64,000 nt of DNA from an uncultured virus (IMG/VR IMGVR_UViG_3300038825_001395) (taxonomy: Duplodnaviria > Heunggongvirae > Uroviricota > Caudoviricetes). The notes under the pieces are model-generated. The model saw only the letters and a list, made by a program, of their open reading frames with translations. It was not told where the DNA came from and searched no databases. This document shows positions 39,433 to 48,895 of the stretch, piece by piece (positions within the stretch are counted from its first letter, which is position 1; the number at the start of each line of letters is the position of its first letter). The stretch lies in IMG/VR virus record IMGVR_UViG_3300038825_001395, one strand, 5' to 3'. The position numbers were made by a program, and so were the translations under genes.

Positions 39433-39667
39433 CCAACTCCCCACCCATAGGTAATAACTCACCACAACTTCCACAATTAAATACTTGTATCGGTGCTACT
39501 ACTTCCTTTCCGGTTGGGGAAAGTATAGCAGAAATCTTCTTTATGATATAACCTTGTATAAAGATTTTGTTTTCACACTTTTGACAAGCCATTGTATCTG
39601 CTTGAGTTAAATCAACTTGAACTTGTTGTTTTGGTTTAGCTATTGGTTTCATTGGTTTCATACTCAT
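39419..39667 (-). CDS. Zn-ribbon hypothetical protein
   Basis: CQKC and CGSCG. Confidence 0.7.
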   Translation of the reverse strand: MSMKPMKPIAKPKQQVQVDLTQADTMACQKCENKIFIQGYIIKKISAILSPTGKEVVAPIQVFNCGSCGELLPMGGELDELI

Positions 39668-40575
39668 TATATTCTCCTTAGAATATTAGAAATGGTTGCT
39701 ATAAAGTTTATCTCTTTATCTACACATAGAACATCTTGATAAGCACCATTTGATATATCAACAATAACTTCTGGTAGTTTATCAACCGATATGTTCTCTA
39801 CCTCATCATATAAGAACCGATATAGTTCTGTATAATCTGTAAAGTTACTATCAGCTACAAACTTACGGATAGTTCTTAAATCAACACCATTTTGTATCAT
39901 CTCTAAGAACTGAAGTTTAAACTCATTATGTAACATACCATCTTTGTCTATCTTTAACTTACCATCTACCGATTGTCTTTGTAAATCATTAATGACCTTT
40001 CGTAAATCAGGATAACCAGCAGTTACAACCAAAGCCAAATCATCCAAATCAAAGGAAATGTTTTCTTGTTCCAAGATATACTTGGCATGAACAGCAACAT
40101 CTTTTTTTGATGGTGGGATGATTTTGTAAGTTTGACATCTACTTTGTATCGGGTCAATAATCTTCTCAACATAGTTACAAGTTAAGATAAATCTACAATG
40201 AGCAGAAAATGTCTCCATGAGATTACGGAGAGCCGGTTGAGCTGAATTAACATTAAGATAATCAGACTCATCCAAGATTACTATTTTGTTTGGTTTAAAA
40301 CCAACCGAAGAAGCAAAGTTCTTTAGTTTGTCTCTAACCAAATCAATGTTTCTCTCATCGGAGGCATTAATATAGAGATAGTCACACTCAATTGAATTTA
40401 CGATAATCTTGGCAAGAGTTGTTTTACCCCCACCGGCTCTACCATACAGTAGTAGATGTGGAACATTTTGTTCTTCTATAAACCTCTCAACCTTAGTTTT
40501 AAGATTTTCATTACCAACATAAGTTGTTAAATCTTGAGGTCTATACTTTTCTACCCATAATCCGTGTGAACTCAT
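39667..40575 (-). CDS. Clamp loader AAA+ subunit (gp44/RFC-like)
   Basis: WVEKYRP, GRAGGGKTT, INASDER, LDESD, SRC. Confidence 0.95.
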   Translation of the reverse strand: MSSHGLWVEKYRPQDLTTYVGNENLKTKVERFIEEQNVPHLLLYGRAGGGKTTLAKIIVNSIECDYLYINASDERNIDLVRDKLKNFASSVGFKPNKIVILDESDYLNVNSAQPALRNLMETFSAHCRFILTCNYVEKIIDPIQSRCQTYKIIPPSKKDVAVHAKYILEQENISFDLDDLALVVTAGYPDLRKVINDLQRQSVDGKLKIDKDGMLHNEFKLQFLEMIQNGVDLRTIRKFVADSNFTDYTELYRFLYDEVENISVDKLPEVIVDISNGAYQDVLCVDKEINFIATISNILRRI

Positions 40576-40576
40576 A

Positions 40577-41299
40577 CTATACCTGCTGTGATACTAAGTA
40601 ATACTTAACAGAAAAATCATCTATCTTAAACTCAATGTGAGCAAGACCTTTATCAGCAACCTGAAGAACTGCCTTTGAACATTCTTTGTTCGCACTTAGA
40701 ACTTCTTTGAATAGGTTAGCATTAAAAACGATTGGTTCGGTTAACTTTACAGCACCACTTTGAACTTTAATACTGATACGATTTGAGTTGATGTCACTAA
40801 AACCGATAACAAACTCTACACCACCATCTGCTGGTTGAATAGAAAAATGTTCTACATCGGATAAAGCACCCTTACCACGAATAAAAGAATTGATAAATTG
40901 AGTATCAATATTTACAAGAGTAGTAAACTCAGGAATGTTCTTTAGTTCTGGTACATCAGGAATCACACCAAGAGCAGCAAGAACATAATCAACAGATATT
41001 TTACCATCTGTAAAGTTAAATGCTACTGGTTGTGAATCATCTACTGGTGATTTAGTTAAACTGAAATCAACTTTATCAGCAAGTGTTCCCATCATCTTTG
41101 ATAGTAATGGTGTATCATAGACACCAACCTCAAAGTTTGGAAGTGATTGTTTACTTAGTGATAACTCACCCAAAAGACTTTTATCTGGTGATATAAAACG
41201 AGTAGAAAGTGTGTCGCCGTTAGACTCCCACTTTACTGAGTTTATACTACCACCAAGATTATACTTTTGGATAAAGGTATCTAATGTGATTTTATTCAT
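40577..41299 (-). CDS. Sliding clamp (gp45-like)
   Basis: 240 aa, between polymerase and clamp loader; C-terminal YYLV. Confidence 0.7.
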   Translation of the reverse strand: MNKITLDTFIQKYNLGGSINSVKWESNGDTLSTRFISPDKSLLGELSLSKQSLPNFEVGVYDTPLLSKMMGTLADKVDFSLTKSPVDDSQPVAFNFTDGKISVDYVLAALGVIPDVPELKNIPEFTTLVNIDTQFINSFIRGKGALSDVEHFSIQPADGGVEFVIGFSDINSNRISIKVQSGAVKLTEPIVFNANLFKEVLSANKECSKAVLQVADKGLAHIEFKIDDFSVKYYLVSQQV

Positions 41300-41325
41300 T
41301 ATTGTTATTCTCCATATTATGTGTT

Positions 41326-41354
41326 AATTTACTAATTGTTTTTGTAAAAGTCAA
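41326..41354 (-). promoter_or_regulatory. sigma70-type promoter TTGACT-17-TAAATT
   Basis: -35 at 41349-41354, -10 at 41326-41331. Confidence 0.75.
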
Positions 41355-41355
41355 G

Positions 41356-43890
41356 TTAAAAAAACCTTTCAATTGAGTTATTTTTATCAACCGGCATATC
41401 CCAAGACATAGCGTCATAAAACATCTGTATCTTCTTCTTTAGGGCTTTATCAAATAACTTGTCTCTATCTACATACTGATTGATAAAATCTATGATTTGT
41501 TTAGGATCATCATAACCTTTGTAAGCAAGTCCATCTATTTTAAGTGGATTTTCTTTTAGATAAACCCAGCGAACTTTATTACCATTTGATATTGCTTCAT
41601 GTTTGTTTACCTTAAAGTATCTCAATAAGTCATTGTAAATAACCGAAGCTTTGGTATGAACAGGAGCACCCTTTTCCATCTCGGTAAATATACTTTTACT
41701 ATTAGCACCAAATCCACTTCTAGTTTTTTTCTTGGTGTATTTTTGGATACCCTTTACACCGGTTGGAAGAGCAATCTTATCCAACTCTTCATTTTTTAGA
41801 TTATTCTTAAAGTCAAGGATAAACTCATCTATTCTTTCCTTTGGAACTTTAGCAAGAATAGCTTTTAAAACCTTAGTCATAAAGTCACGGAATGCTGGTG
41901 GAAATGAACTACGGACAATATCTAAACCTTTAACATCAAGTTTTTCACAAGGTGTCCCACCATCATTAATAATCCATTGGCCATATCTTTTCTTGGTAAC
42001 CCAAAAAGCAGCCTTAGCAATCATCTCTTGTTTAATCTCAAACCGATGGTCACCTTGTATATTTAAGAACTTACTACTGAAATAGTTATAAGATTTATTG
42101 ATGTAAGATTGAACCTCATCGGCAATATCCAATATCTGTTCTGTCATAAACTTTTCATCTTTAACATCAGCATTTGGAAATCTGTTTTTAACAAGTGGAA
42201 GAGCAGAATAGAAAACCGAGTCTGTATCTGTGTAGATACAATAATCTTTATCCGTTTTTAAGATTTTATTATAATAACTATTTGTAACCTTTTCGGTAAA
42301 CTGAATAAGTTTCTGACCTGTGGTGGTTGTCCCTTCAGCGTTATCAATATCATAAAATCTAAATACGGTTAAGCCCAATACTCCGTACAAACTATTAAGT
42401 AAAATCTTTTGTACCAGCTGCCTTCTGTTGAAGTAACCATGTAATTCTTGGTCACCTTCGGTTTCGTACTTCTTTGCTAGTTTTCTATACTCTACTCTCT
42501 CATTAAACCATTTCTCAAGTATCGCCGGTATAACACCTTTCTTACTTAGGTCATACAAGACTCCATTTGATGAAATGGATATTTGATTTTTCCCAAAGAA
42601 ATCTTTGAGTTCCCCACTTGTAAAGGTTCTGATAACTTTCTTATCCTTCTCCACAGAATAATGTTTATCTTCACCTCTAATAAATTCTTCAGCATCCCAA
42701 CCGTTTATCTTACCTATCTTTGTCTCAGGCGACATATTCAGAGACATAATAATACTTGGATACATAGAAGTTAAATCTAAATCAAACACCCAATCATAAC
42801 AACCAGGAACGGGTGATTTCACATAAGCACCACTAAACCTACCTTCTGAACCATCATAACTAGCAGTAGGTAATTTACTTGGAGCAACTAAACCTAAACT
42901 ACGAAGATAAACTAACATAGCACCTTCAATATATCTTGAACTAAAATATACCTCTTCATAAGGTATTCTACCCAAGTGAGATACAGCACGAGCCAAGTCT
43001 AACAACTTGAACTTTTGGTCAAGTGCTTTAACTATCTCAACATCATTTAAGTTATATTCAATAAACTTATCAATATCATCTCTGTATAAATCATCAAGTG
43101 TTCCTTCATACTCAACCTTACCTATACCAACTTCAATAGTTCCGATATGGTCTAATCTATAACTTGATTGCTGGGTGTATGTAAACTTTCTATATAAATC
43201 CATATAATCTAATGAACTTACACCAGCAATACGATACATCTTTTTGTTTGGGTTATACTTTACGATTTGTATTGGTGAAAGGGCGTTAGCAAACTCCTCA
43301 CCTAAAACTTTTGTTATTCGGTTATATAGATAAGGAATATCAAAACCATTTGTATTCCAACCTGTAACACAAGTTGGTTGGACATCTATCCAATACTTTA
43401 AAAACTCTTGTAATAATTGACTTTCGGTTGTGTAGAAGCGAATATCAACACCATCTTTAATATTATCTTGACCTTCACCTAAAACATATACACGATATTT
43501 CTCATCATGTTTGGTATACATAGCAACCGAAGTAACTTTGTTTGCTGCTTTGGATGGTTCAGGAAAACCATCTGTAACCTCTACCTCAATATCAAAGAAT
43601 AGTTCTCGGTGGTCTTTTGACGGTTCATCAGAATCTTCATATCTATCTAAAAGAATACGAGTATCTAATGGAATATCCGACTCAAATACTCTACCAGTTC
43701 TGAAATCTTCTTCTGTCCAATATGTAACTTTCTTTAACTTATCTCCGTAGATAGAGCGGTATTGACCACTTCCATCACGAACATAAGCATAATTCTTAAA
43801 TATAAAGTTTTGATAACCAGCAACATCATCCCAAAGATGAACTTCTACTTGATTACCACCTCTTTTCTCACACCAAATATTCTGATAAAT
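41356..43890 (-). CDS. Family B DNA polymerase (gp43-like), 844 aa, probable ATT start
   Basis: Frame is open 123 codons upstream of the tracked ATG and includes ExoI FFDIEV; also GWNTNGFD, DLTSMYPS, KILLNSLYG, YTDTDS, KKRY; clamp-binding-like tail SIERFF. Confidence 0.92.
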   Translation of the reverse strand: MYQNIWCEKRGGNQVEVHLWDDVAGYQNFIFKNYAYVRDGSGQYRSIYGDKLKKVTYWTEEDFRTGRVFESDIPLDTRILLDRYEDSDEPSKDHRELFFDIEVEVTDGFPEPSKAANKVTSVAMYTKHDEKYRVYVLGEGQDNIKDGVDIRFYTTESQLLQEFLKYWIDVQPTCVTGWNTNGFDIPYLYNRITKVLGEEFANALSPIQIVKYNPNKKMYRIAGVSSLDYMDLYRKFTYTQQSSYRLDHIGTIEVGIGKVEYEGTLDDLYRDDIDKFIEYNLNDVEIVKALDQKFKLLDLARAVSHLGRIPYEEVYFSSRYIEGAMLVYLRSLGLVAPSKLPTASYDGSEGRFSGAYVKSPVPGCYDWVFDLDLTSMYPSIIMSLNMSPETKIGKINGWDAEEFIRGEDKHYSVEKDKKVIRTFTSGELKDFFGKNQISISSNGVLYDLSKKGVIPAILEKWFNERVEYRKLAKKYETEGDQELHGYFNRRQLVQKILLNSLYGVLGLTVFRFYDIDNAEGTTTTGQKLIQFTEKVTNSYYNKILKTDKDYCIYTDTDSVFYSALPLVKNRFPNADVKDEKFMTEQILDIADEVQSYINKSYNYFSSKFLNIQGDHRFEIKQEMIAKAAFWVTKKRYGQWIINDGGTPCEKLDVKGLDIVRSSFPPAFRDFMTKVLKAILAKVPKERIDEFILDFKNNLKNEELDKIALPTGVKGIQKYTKKKTRSGFGANSKSIFTEMEKGAPVHTKASVIYNDLLRYFKVNKHEAISNGNKVRWVYLKENPLKIDGLAYKGYDDPKQIIDFINQYVDRDKLFDKALKKKIQMFYDAMSWDMPVDKNNSIERFF

Positions 43891-43917
43891 AACTAACCTC
43901 TACATTTTCAATACTTT

Positions 43918-43956
43918 AATATACACAAAAAACCCTATACAAGTCAAGGGTTTTTT
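43918..43956 (-). promoter_or_regulatory. Promoter TTGACT-18-TATATT within a 10-bp inverted repeat
   Basis: Arms AAAAAACCCT 43927-43936 and AGGGTTTTTT 43947-43956. Confidence 0.7.
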
Positions 43957-43960
43957 TGAT

Positions 43961-43986
43961 AAAAGGGGCGAAATTAATCGCCCCCT
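43961..43986 (-). terminator. Intrinsic terminator after the TonB-dependent receptor
   Basis: GGGGCGA-TTAATT-TCGCCCC-TTTT. Confidence 0.85.
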
Positions 43987-43998
43987 AGTTTTATCATT

Positions 43999-46728
43999 TT
44001 AGAAATTGACAGATAGTCCTAAGTTAAAGTTTCTTGGTGTTCCAAGAAATACTTCAGCATTATGAGCAGCGTGAACTTTGTCACCATACCCATTATATTG
44101 ACTATTATCAACAGCGTCTTGAACATATACTTCGTCAAGAACATTAAATAAATGACCACTAATGGTCATATCCAAACCAGCAATCTCTGGTAGTTTGTAA
44201 GATAGATGTAAGTCTAACTTGCCGTAGGATGGAGTTTTCCATACTTGAGCTCTGTCAGCATCACCACTAACCTCACGAGAATCAGGACTCCAATCAGCGT
44301 AGTGATTGTCGTACCATCTGTAAAGACCTTGTACATTTAGACCTTTGATTGGCTTTAATGTTAATCCACCGACATATGCTGTCTGTGGCATATCACCAAC
44401 TTTTAAGTCTTTAAGAGCATATTCATACTCTGTTGTAGTTTGACCTATTACTTGTCCATCATCATTATATTCCATCTCCTGATAATCACCTTTAGCATCT
44501 CCACCAAAATACCAATTACCAGTACTGATAGCAACATCTAATGATACCATTTCGTGAAGAGCAACTTTGGTTTCAATTTCAACACCACTATGGCTTTGAT
44601 TTACACCAGTTAGATAAATGATGTCTGTGTCACCTGAGTCACCTTGACCTGTATTTACAGATTTGGTTAGGTTTCTATCTTTCCATTGAGTGTTGTAGTA
44701 ACTACCTTTGATAGCAACTAACTCACTCTTATATTCTCCACCGATTTCGTTGGAAATGAACTTCTCATTGTCTGGATTCTGTGAAACAGTTCCGTCATAA
44801 GCAATTACATTATCCAAAATTGGTGGTTTCTCAACATAGCCAATGTTAGCAAATGCTGAAAGTCTATCATCAAGATTGAATCTACCACCACCTTTTACTT
44901 GGAAAGTAGTAATAGCATCAGCCTCAACAACTTCTTTATCAACTGAGAAATGGTCTTGATAGGTATATCCAATAGTGGATACTCCACCCATACCATATAA
45001 GTTGAACTTAGCGATGTCGTATTTACCTTGTATAAAAGCACCAAACCAATCAACTGTGGTTTCATTGTGGTAAGCGATAATATCACCCAAACCAACTACT
45101 TTACCATCAGCAGCATTGTCATCAGCGTAATCTACATAGTAGTCTCCACCAAGTAAGTCACGAACTTCTCTAGCGTGTTCAATACCAGCAGTTCTCCAAT
45201 CAATACCGACTTGAACTTCCAAGTCATCACTAACTTCATAGTTTAACTTTGAAATTAAACCAAGTGTGTTTTGTCTATTGATTGAGTTTCTTAGAATACC
45301 AGTTGAACGGTTTTCGGTTTCAGAGAAAGAAGAATCTACATTAGCAGAGTTCTGTGCAATCTCAGCATTCCAATCCCATATCCAAGGTGAACTTGCATAC
45401 CATCTTTCACCTTCAATAGCAGGAGCTCTTGAAACACTACCATAAGTACCAGTTCCACCACCTGAACCACCACTCCAATAAGCAACGGAACTTAGTCTAA
45501 CTTGTTCATTTACATCATAGAAATGATTTAAGTTAACTAACGGTTTGTGAAAAAAGTTCTCTCTTTCATTTAAGAAATCAGAACCAAACCTATCCTGTGT
45601 TTTATCACCATACATATAAAAGTATTGTTTACCTTTATAAGAAGGATCAACAGGAGCCCAATTCTGATTGTAGAACCTACCAGCTTCAGTTTCAAACTTC
45701 TCACCAGCTACATAAGCAGAATCATTATACCCGTCAATACTTCCAGCTAACTCTTGTGAGTAGGTAGCAATATTTTGTTTGTATAAGTTCTGTCCGTGTC
45801 TTTGGGGAGCGCCGATACCATATAGTTCGACTCTCTGTTTGTCACTTATGGCGTAACTAGCACCAGCATAATAAGCCCAAGCATCTGTCCAAGTTCCATC
45901 TATAAGACCATCACCAGTTTTACGAACAATAGTTCCACTAAGTGCTAGTTTATCAGCGATTAAACCTGAGTTATAGTTTAAAGTAGTTTTTAGAAAACCA
46001 CCAGCTCCAGCTTCTTGTTTAAACTTACCACCTTTCTCCTGAGCAGCAGGATCGGTAATAATGTTCATAGTTCCACCAATAGATGGTGTAGCAAGATTTA
46101 CAGCTGATAGACCTCGTTGCATCTGAATGGAAGAAGTAGCATCACCTACCCCATCCCAATTAGACCAATAAACCCATCCGTTCTCCATATCGTTTTGGGG
46201 AACACCGTTTATCATAACTGCCACATTTCGTTGGTTGAAACCTCTTACATTGATACGAGCATCACCCGCACCACCACCTTGTTGAGTAGCATATACACTT
46301 GGTGTAGTGTTCAGAATCATTGGAATATCTTGACTACCAAGACGAACTTCCATCTCTTCTTTAACTATTGTAGTGTAAGCCACAGGTGTTGTTTCATCAG
46401 CCCTAGAAGCAAGAACTTCTAATGCTGACATTGATACTGCATCAACTTTAAGATTAAAGTCAGCAACAGCATCACCCTCTCCAACAACTACAGATATAGT
46501 TTCTGAAGAGTATCCAATAAAAGAAGCAGTAACATCGTATGTCCCAGCAGGTACATCTTTGATAAGATAACTACCTTCGCCGTTTGAAACTGAACCAAGT
46601 TCTGTTCCTACTACAACGACATTTGCTCCTTGAAGTGGTTTTTCACTACTTACAACTCCTGAAATAGATTGAGCAAACAATCCTGTCATCATCACAAGTA
46701 GTGTTATTAGATTACGTTTATTTCTCAT
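43999..46728 (-). CDS. TonB-dependent outer-membrane receptor with N-terminal carboxypeptidase-regulatory-like domain
   Basis: Signal peptide, ISGVV...PLQGANV, plug INVRGF...INGVP, beta-barrel pattern, C-terminal Phe (LGLSVNF). Confidence 0.93.
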   Translation of the reverse strand: MRNKRNLITLLVMMTGLFAQSISGVVSSEKPLQGANVVVVGTELGSVSNGEGSYLIKDVPAGTYDVTASFIGYSSETISVVVGEGDAVADFNLKVDAVSMSALEVLASRADETTPVAYTTIVKEEMEVRLGSQDIPMILNTTPSVYATQQGGGAGDARINVRGFNQRNVAVMINGVPQNDMENGWVYWSNWDGVGDATSSIQMQRGLSAVNLATPSIGGTMNIITDPAAQEKGGKFKQEAGAGGFLKTTLNYNSGLIADKLALSGTIVRKTGDGLIDGTWTDAWAYYAGASYAISDKQRVELYGIGAPQRHGQNLYKQNIATYSQELAGSIDGYNDSAYVAGEKFETEAGRFYNQNWAPVDPSYKGKQYFYMYGDKTQDRFGSDFLNERENFFHKPLVNLNHFYDVNEQVRLSSVAYWSGGSGGGTGTYGSVSRAPAIEGERWYASSPWIWDWNAEIAQNSANVDSSFSETENRSTGILRNSINRQNTLGLISKLNYEVSDDLEVQVGIDWRTAGIEHAREVRDLLGGDYYVDYADDNAADGKVVGLGDIIAYHNETTVDWFGAFIQGKYDIAKFNLYGMGGVSTIGYTYQDHFSVDKEVVEADAITTFQVKGGGRFNLDDRLSAFANIGYVEKPPILDNVIAYDGTVSQNPDNEKFISNEIGGEYKSELVAIKGSYYNTQWKDRNLTKSVNTGQGDSGDTDIIYLTGVNQSHSGVEIETKVALHEMVSLDVAISTGNWYFGGDAKGDYQEMEYNDDGQVIGQTTTEYEYALKDLKVGDMPQTAYVGGLTLKPIKGLNVQGLYRWYDNHYADWSPDSREVSGDADRAQVWKTPSYGKLDLHLSYKLPEIAGLDMTISGHLFNVLDEVYVQDAVDNSQYNGYGDKVHAAHNAEVFLGTPRNFNLGLSVNF

Positions 46729-46756
46729 AAAACGATCTCCATGTTATTGTTGTTAA

Positions 46757-46796
46757 GACACATTTTTTATCAGGTGTGTCGTCTGCCTGTCCGCAT
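46757..46796 (-). promoter_or_regulatory. Candidate H-type pseudoknot / leader mini-ORF (MRTGRRHT*)
   Basis: CAGG/CCTG and GACACA/TGTGTC interlocking stems with an ATAAAAAA linker. Confidence 0.4.
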
Positions 46797-48809
46797 TTAA
46801 TTTGCATAGTCTTGGTCATCATTATCACCAGTCATCGGTACAATCTCACACGAATCATTGTTACAGAAAACATCTACTTCTGCTTCTTCATTTTTTATTA
46901 CCCCAAAAGATAACTTACCTAATTTTTTAACTTCGGCATTATATGTATCCTCTTCAATAGCTTCATATGGCATTTGTTGATAAGCACCATAATCATGTCT
47001 CGGTAATAAACTAATACCCTTTAAGTGGTATTGATAATAATTTAGAGCAGGAGCAATTTGGTCTGCTTCTGTCTCTGGATTAAAAGTAACTGTACAACTA
47101 ACTTGGTTATCAGCCCAATGTCTTTGTAAGAAAGCAGCTAAACTAAATTGTTCCCAAATTGAAAGTTCAGCTGCTGTTCTTATCCCCTCACCGACATCTA
47201 CAGGAACTTCAACAACCATTGTTGTGTCCTCTGAACCAAAAGCTGGTTCTAATTTATACCCAGCTTTTTCTAACGGTTGCAATAGTTCTGAATGTTTTGA
47301 TAATCTAATTCTTCTAATGTAAAATCTTGATTCAGGATAGTGAAGTCCTGGTGTAGCACCAGCAAGTAAAGATACAGTTCCACTTGGTTTAACCGAAGTA
47401 GTTTTTATTGAATTAGGAACAGCAAACCAATCTGAATATTGATTGTCCCATTCTTGTATTGTATTGTATCCACCCTCTAACCATCTCTTAAACTCATCTA
47501 AACCTCTATTAGTAACAAACTGAGCAACACCACTTACACTACATCCGATTCTTCTATTTCTTAACATAACTCGGTTGGTTTCAGACCAATGTGTTCTTCC
47601 CAATGTTACTGTTTTAGCATACAGATAAGCATATTTTAAAGTTCTTTGATAATCTTCTAATGAATCGTGGTTTGCTGGAAATGTTTCTACTAAACAACAT
47701 AACTCATATGATTCTAGTGATTGTTCTAAACAAGGATTACCACCCATAACTCTATGGTCTTTGTTATCTCCACCATTCTTCATACGAGAGTATTTTCTCA
47801 TATTGTCTAACCACGCAAATCCAGGCTCACCATTATCCACAATTCGTTTGGCAGCTTCTGTATAATCCATACCCAATTCAGCGAATATACTATTATTAGA
47901 TGTCCATCCATATGTCTCCCTATGTGGGTTAACTTTATAATTTTTTAAATCCAAGTATTCTTCATCATGTGGATCTCCAAATACAATTTCTGCCGTTCTT
48001 CTTACATTACCAGCAACAACACATTTACCAATTAGGTTCATTATGTCTACTATGGTAGTGATAGTAATTGGCTCTCCACTATTTTTTTCTAATACTTTCT
48101 TTATATCATCATGAACTTCTAAAAGTGGTTCATGCCCACTTGATACCCCACCAAAACCATTTATTGGTTCACCAGCTGCTCTAATTTTATTATAATCAAA
48201 CTTGATGGAAGCAGTTCCGTGAAAATAACTTTCTAACAGAACTTTTAATGACTCAACCCAACCTTCTCTTGTGTCTGGTATTTCAAAGATAGATTCATCA
48301 CGACCTTTGTCTACACCCTTTACAATAATCTCACCAGCACCTTTTGTATCAAATCCTACACCCACTCCTAACATACTAGCATCCATAAGGAAACAGAAAG
48401 GTTTAGCGTAATCATCTTTTATTGTTTTGGTTGATACAAAAGCACAGTTATTAAGGGCGGCGTATAAGCCTCTTTCTTCGGTTATGGCTGTTCCCATAGC
48501 CCAAAGTCCACGACCAGGTGGCAAGAACTTCATATTGAAGATACGCTCATACATCTCTTGTGCTGACTTTTGAGCTTGCCACGGATTCCACCCTAATTGA
48601 TGTGAATCAATGTGATTTTTTTGCATAGAGTAAGTTCCCTCTACAACTCTTTGAACGGTTTCCCACCATCGTTCATTTTTTCCATCCTCTTTTATTCTTG
48701 AATAGGTTCTCATATAAACCAATTCACCTAGACCATTAAAACCAAATGGCGCCTTTTTTCTTTTATATTTTGCTATAAAATTTTCCGATAATACAAACTT
48801 CTTACTCAT
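46797..48809 (-). CDS. nrdJ: Class II adenosylcobalamin-dependent ribonucleotide reductase (monomeric RTPR type)
   Basis: PPGRGLW, LNNC, GNVRRTAE, NPCLEQ...CCLVE, VKPSGTVS, C-terminal CNNDSC. Confidence 0.93.
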   Translation of the reverse strand: MSKKFVLSENFIAKYKRKKAPFGFNGLGELVYMRTYSRIKEDGKNERWWETVQRVVEGTYSMQKNHIDSHQLGWNPWQAQKSAQEMYERIFNMKFLPPGRGLWAMGTAITEERGLYAALNNCAFVSTKTIKDDYAKPFCFLMDASMLGVGVGFDTKGAGEIIVKGVDKGRDESIFEIPDTREGWVESLKVLLESYFHGTASIKFDYNKIRAAGEPINGFGGVSSGHEPLLEVHDDIKKVLEKNSGEPITITTIVDIMNLIGKCVVAGNVRRTAEIVFGDPHDEEYLDLKNYKVNPHRETYGWTSNNSIFAELGMDYTEAAKRIVDNGEPGFAWLDNMRKYSRMKNGGDNKDHRVMGGNPCLEQSLESYELCCLVETFPANHDSLEDYQRTLKYAYLYAKTVTLGRTHWSETNRVMLRNRRIGCSVSGVAQFVTNRGLDEFKRWLEGGYNTIQEWDNQYSDWFAVPNSIKTTSVKPSGTVSLLAGATPGLHYPESRFYIRRIRLSKHSELLQPLEKAGYKLEPAFGSEDTTMVVEVPVDVGEGIRTAAELSIWEQFSLAAFLQRHWADNQVSCTVTFNPETEADQIAPALNYYQYHLKGISLLPRHDYGAYQQMPYEAIEEDTYNAEVKKLGKLSFGVIKNEEAEVDVFCNNDSCEIVPMTGDNDDQDYAN

Positions 48810-48895
48810 ATACTTAATTCCTGTTTAATTGTTAACGATTTTGTGTGGAGGTCTATCATAAATATTAACTCAACTTATTCTTTTTCTGATAAATG

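Noticed and set aside
43900..43905. Genome-wide TAG recoding suggested by ATG-TAG before the polymerase
   Set aside because: TAG is a normal stop elsewhere (1426, 18731, 27150, 30471, 40577) and long genes are not interrupted by TAG
46729..46796. Canonical cobalamin or preQ1 riboswitch
   Set aside because: Too short for a cobalamin riboswitch with no B12 box, and lacks the preQ1-I ligand-binding loop sequence; kept only as a novel candidate
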